Position numbers and translations under genes: made by a program | Shown here: one piece after another, positions 62,382 through 64,000 of the stretch | How positions within the stretch are numbered: position 1 is the first letter of the stretch | Layout of the letters: each line of letters starts with the position of its first letter | The notes under the pieces: model-generated | The model's input: the letters and a program-made list of their open reading frames with translations, nothing else | Databases searched by the model: none | What the model was told of the DNA's origin: nothing | Assembly (NCBI GenBank): GCA_934101185.1 | Contig: CAKOQD010000001.1 | Location: 100,960-164,959, forward strand | Direction: 5' to 3' | DNA length: 64,000 nt | Source of the DNA: an uncultured Bacilli bacterium | GTDB lineage: Bacteria > Bacillota_I > Bacilli_A > RF39 > UBA660

Positions 62382-63186
62382 ATACTTCCTCCTCATCATA
62401 AAAATCTTCAAAATCTTCTTGTTTAGGTCTTAACTCATCAATAAGAAGAATTCTAGCATCATCAATAGTAATATTGTAATATAACTCACCCTTCATAGCA
62501 ATTGAAATTCTACCAGTTTCCTCAGAAACTATAATAGAAATAGCATCAGTCTCCTCAGTAATACCCAGACCAGCCCTATGGCGAGTACCAAGTCTCTTAT
62601 TAATCTTTAAACTGTTACTAGTAGGAAAAACTGCTCCAGCACAACTAATCTTATCACCTTGTATAATAACCCCACCATCATGAAGAGGATTATTAGGGAA
62701 GAATATAGATATTAAAAGTTCACTAGTAATATCAGCATACAAATTAGTAGCCTTAGAAATATATTCTTGTAAACTAACATCCCTTTCAAGAACAATTAAA
62801 GCCCCAATCCTTTGCTTTCTCATATAATCAACTGCATTAATAACTTCATAAACAAGTCTTTCCCTTTCATCAACAGTTAAAACCTTATGACGACCAAGAA
62901 GTTGTGTCTTTCCTATTTGCTCTAAAATATTTCTAATTTCAGGTTGAAATATAATAATAAGAGCAAGAGGTCCCCATTGAATAACATAATCAAGGAATAA
63001 CCCCACAAGAGTTAAATTAAGCCATAAAGAAATCAACTTCAATAAGATGATAACCGCTATTCCTTTAAATAGCAATGACAACTTAACATTATTTTTTATA
63101 TTCTTCAAAAGCACATAAATAAGTGCCCAAACAATAGCAACATCTAGTATACTTCTAAGAGTTGTAATAATTGCATCAAAACTCAT
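62368..63186 (-). CDS. cdaA: diadenylate cyclase CdaA (DisA_N domain)
   Basis: Three N-terminal TM helices; DAC domain with HDGGVI and GTRHRAGLG motifs. Confidence 0.8.
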   Translation of the reverse strand: MSFDAIITTLRSILDVAIVWALIYVLLKNIKNNVKLSLLFKGIAVIILLKLISLWLNLTLVGLFLDYVIQWGPLALIIIFQPEIRNILEQIGKTQLLGRHKVLTVDERERLVYEVINAVDYMRKQRIGALIVLERDVSLQEYISKATNLYADITSELLISIFFPNNPLHDGGVIIQGDKISCAGAVFPTSNSLKINKRLGTRHRAGLGITEETDAISIIVSEETGRISIAMKGELYYNITIDDARILLIDELRPKQEDFEDFYDEEEVYDEK

Positions 63187-63372
63187 AAATAAAATACCTC
63201 CATCAAAATTATATCATTCATTTAAAAATATGTAAAATCTACTATCTATACAAGTATACTATAAAAATAAAAAAATTGTAATACAATTATAAAAAAAACT
63301 AAAGCAAAAAAAGAAAACCAAGTAAAAACAAACATAAAAAGAGTAAAACACTTTACATAATAAAAAAAGAAA

Positions 63373-63684
63373 CTAATTCAAAGAATTTTGTTCCTTTTCT
63401 AACATCTCAAGCTTTTCACTAACTAAAGAAGATGAAGCAACATCTAAACTATACCAACCCCTAGCAAACATTGCATTAAATATTCTTCTTTGTAAATCAT
63501 TAACCTCATCAAACATATTTAAATAATTATCATGCAAAAACTCATTACTAGCCTCAGTAAGAGAAACAGCATAATTCTTAACCATACACTTTTCCATAGA
63601 AAGCATAATATTCATATAATCTTTATCATTCAAAAAAATTCCAGAAGGAACCTCAACCATAGGATTACTAATCTTATTATTCAT
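63373..63684 (-). CDS. spore coat protein F (CotF)-family protein
   Basis: Coat_F-like pattern LNDKDYMNIMLSMEKCMVKNYAVSLTEASNEFL...QRRIFNAMFARGWY. Confidence 0.5.
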   Translation of the reverse strand: MNNKISNPMVEVPSGIFLNDKDYMNIMLSMEKCMVKNYAVSLTEASNEFLHDNYLNMFDEVNDLQRRIFNAMFARGWYSLDVASSSLVSEKLEMLEKEQNSLN

Positions 63685-63919
63685 AAATTCTCCCCTTTTC
63701 ATCTAATAAATCAGTTATAATATTAAGATTATTCAAATGCACATTCTTAATATCAAGAAACAAATCTTTTAATTCTCCATCAGTTGCATTAACATAAGAA
63801 AAATTAGCGAACTTTAAAGCATCATAATTCCAATTAAACATATCAGTAAGATAATCTAAATCTTTACCACTTATAATCGTAGGTACTTCATCATATTCTT
63901 TATTCATATTAACCTCCAT
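63677..63919 (-). CDS. small hypothetical protein preceding the cotF-like gene (possible YraG-type coat partner)
   Basis: 80-aa ORF overlapping the cotF-like start by a few nt. Confidence 0.3.
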   Translation of the reverse strand: MEVNMNKEYDEVPTIISGKDLDYLTDMFNWNYDALKFANFSYVNATDGELKDLFLDIKNVHLNNLNIITDLLDEKGRIYE

Positions 63920-64000
63920 TACTATTATTAACCAAAAAGAAAAACTATATACAAAAAAGAGTAAGAAAACTTACCCTTAGCAACAAGGATTATTATTACC

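Overview
This is a very AT-rich Firmicutes/Clostridia-like chromosomal segment. Nearly all genes are on the minus strand, and the proteins are strongly I/K/N/Y-biased; housekeeping enzymes such as TIM, iPGM and PGK are unusually divergent, which suggests a fast-evolving or reduced genome. The presence of spo0A (with its own 0A box) and a CotF-like coat gene indicates an endospore-former. The lineage cannot be named from sequence alone; composition is reminiscent of low-GC Clostridiaceae such as segmented filamentous bacteria.

Content, from low to high coordinates:
- 5' end of parC.
- A DinD/Bro-N gene plus a membrane coiled-coil gene.
- A LysM amidase, a nitroreductase, and two paralogous unknown genes with a Cys-rich zinc-ribbon protein.
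- A MacB-like ABC transporter, TspO, truA and an SDR oxidoreductase.
- An envelope cluster: FemAB-family, DUF368 and an LPG-synthase-TM/flippase-like gene.
- A redox operon: cysteine desulfurase, a small WCxxC thioredoxin, a CcdA-like membrane protein and a membrane DsbA-like CPHC protein.
- A membrane-anchored XRE-HTH protein and mscL.
- An N-domain-less clpB preceded by a CIRCE-like operator, then rubrerythrin and glmS (no glmS ribozyme leader).
- htrA, a HEPN/Abi2-like abortive-infection gene with its own promoter, rplM-rpsI, and asnB preceded by a T-box leader (probable Asn specifier).
- A tRNA Ile-Asn-Glu cluster and tsaE-tsaB-rimI-tsaD.
- DUF308, a lipoprotein and DUF421.
- An 877-aa Big_2 surface protein with an N/D-rich cytoplasmic tail, a radical-SAM/SPASM enzyme and a 165-aa unknown partner, lying just after the rplQ terminator.
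- The complete S10-spc-alpha ribosomal super-operon (rpsJ to rplQ) with no rpmD (L30).
- Two tandem sigma-70 (RpoD-like) paralogs, a divergent gpmI, an AAA(DUF4143) ATPase, spo0A, tpiA, pgk, dinB, cdaA-cdaR and a cotF-like pair.

No rRNA, CRISPR array or IS element was seen. The six-frame track counts TTG/GTG as starts, so several listed N-termini are over-extended; starts were refined using RBS spacing where possible.
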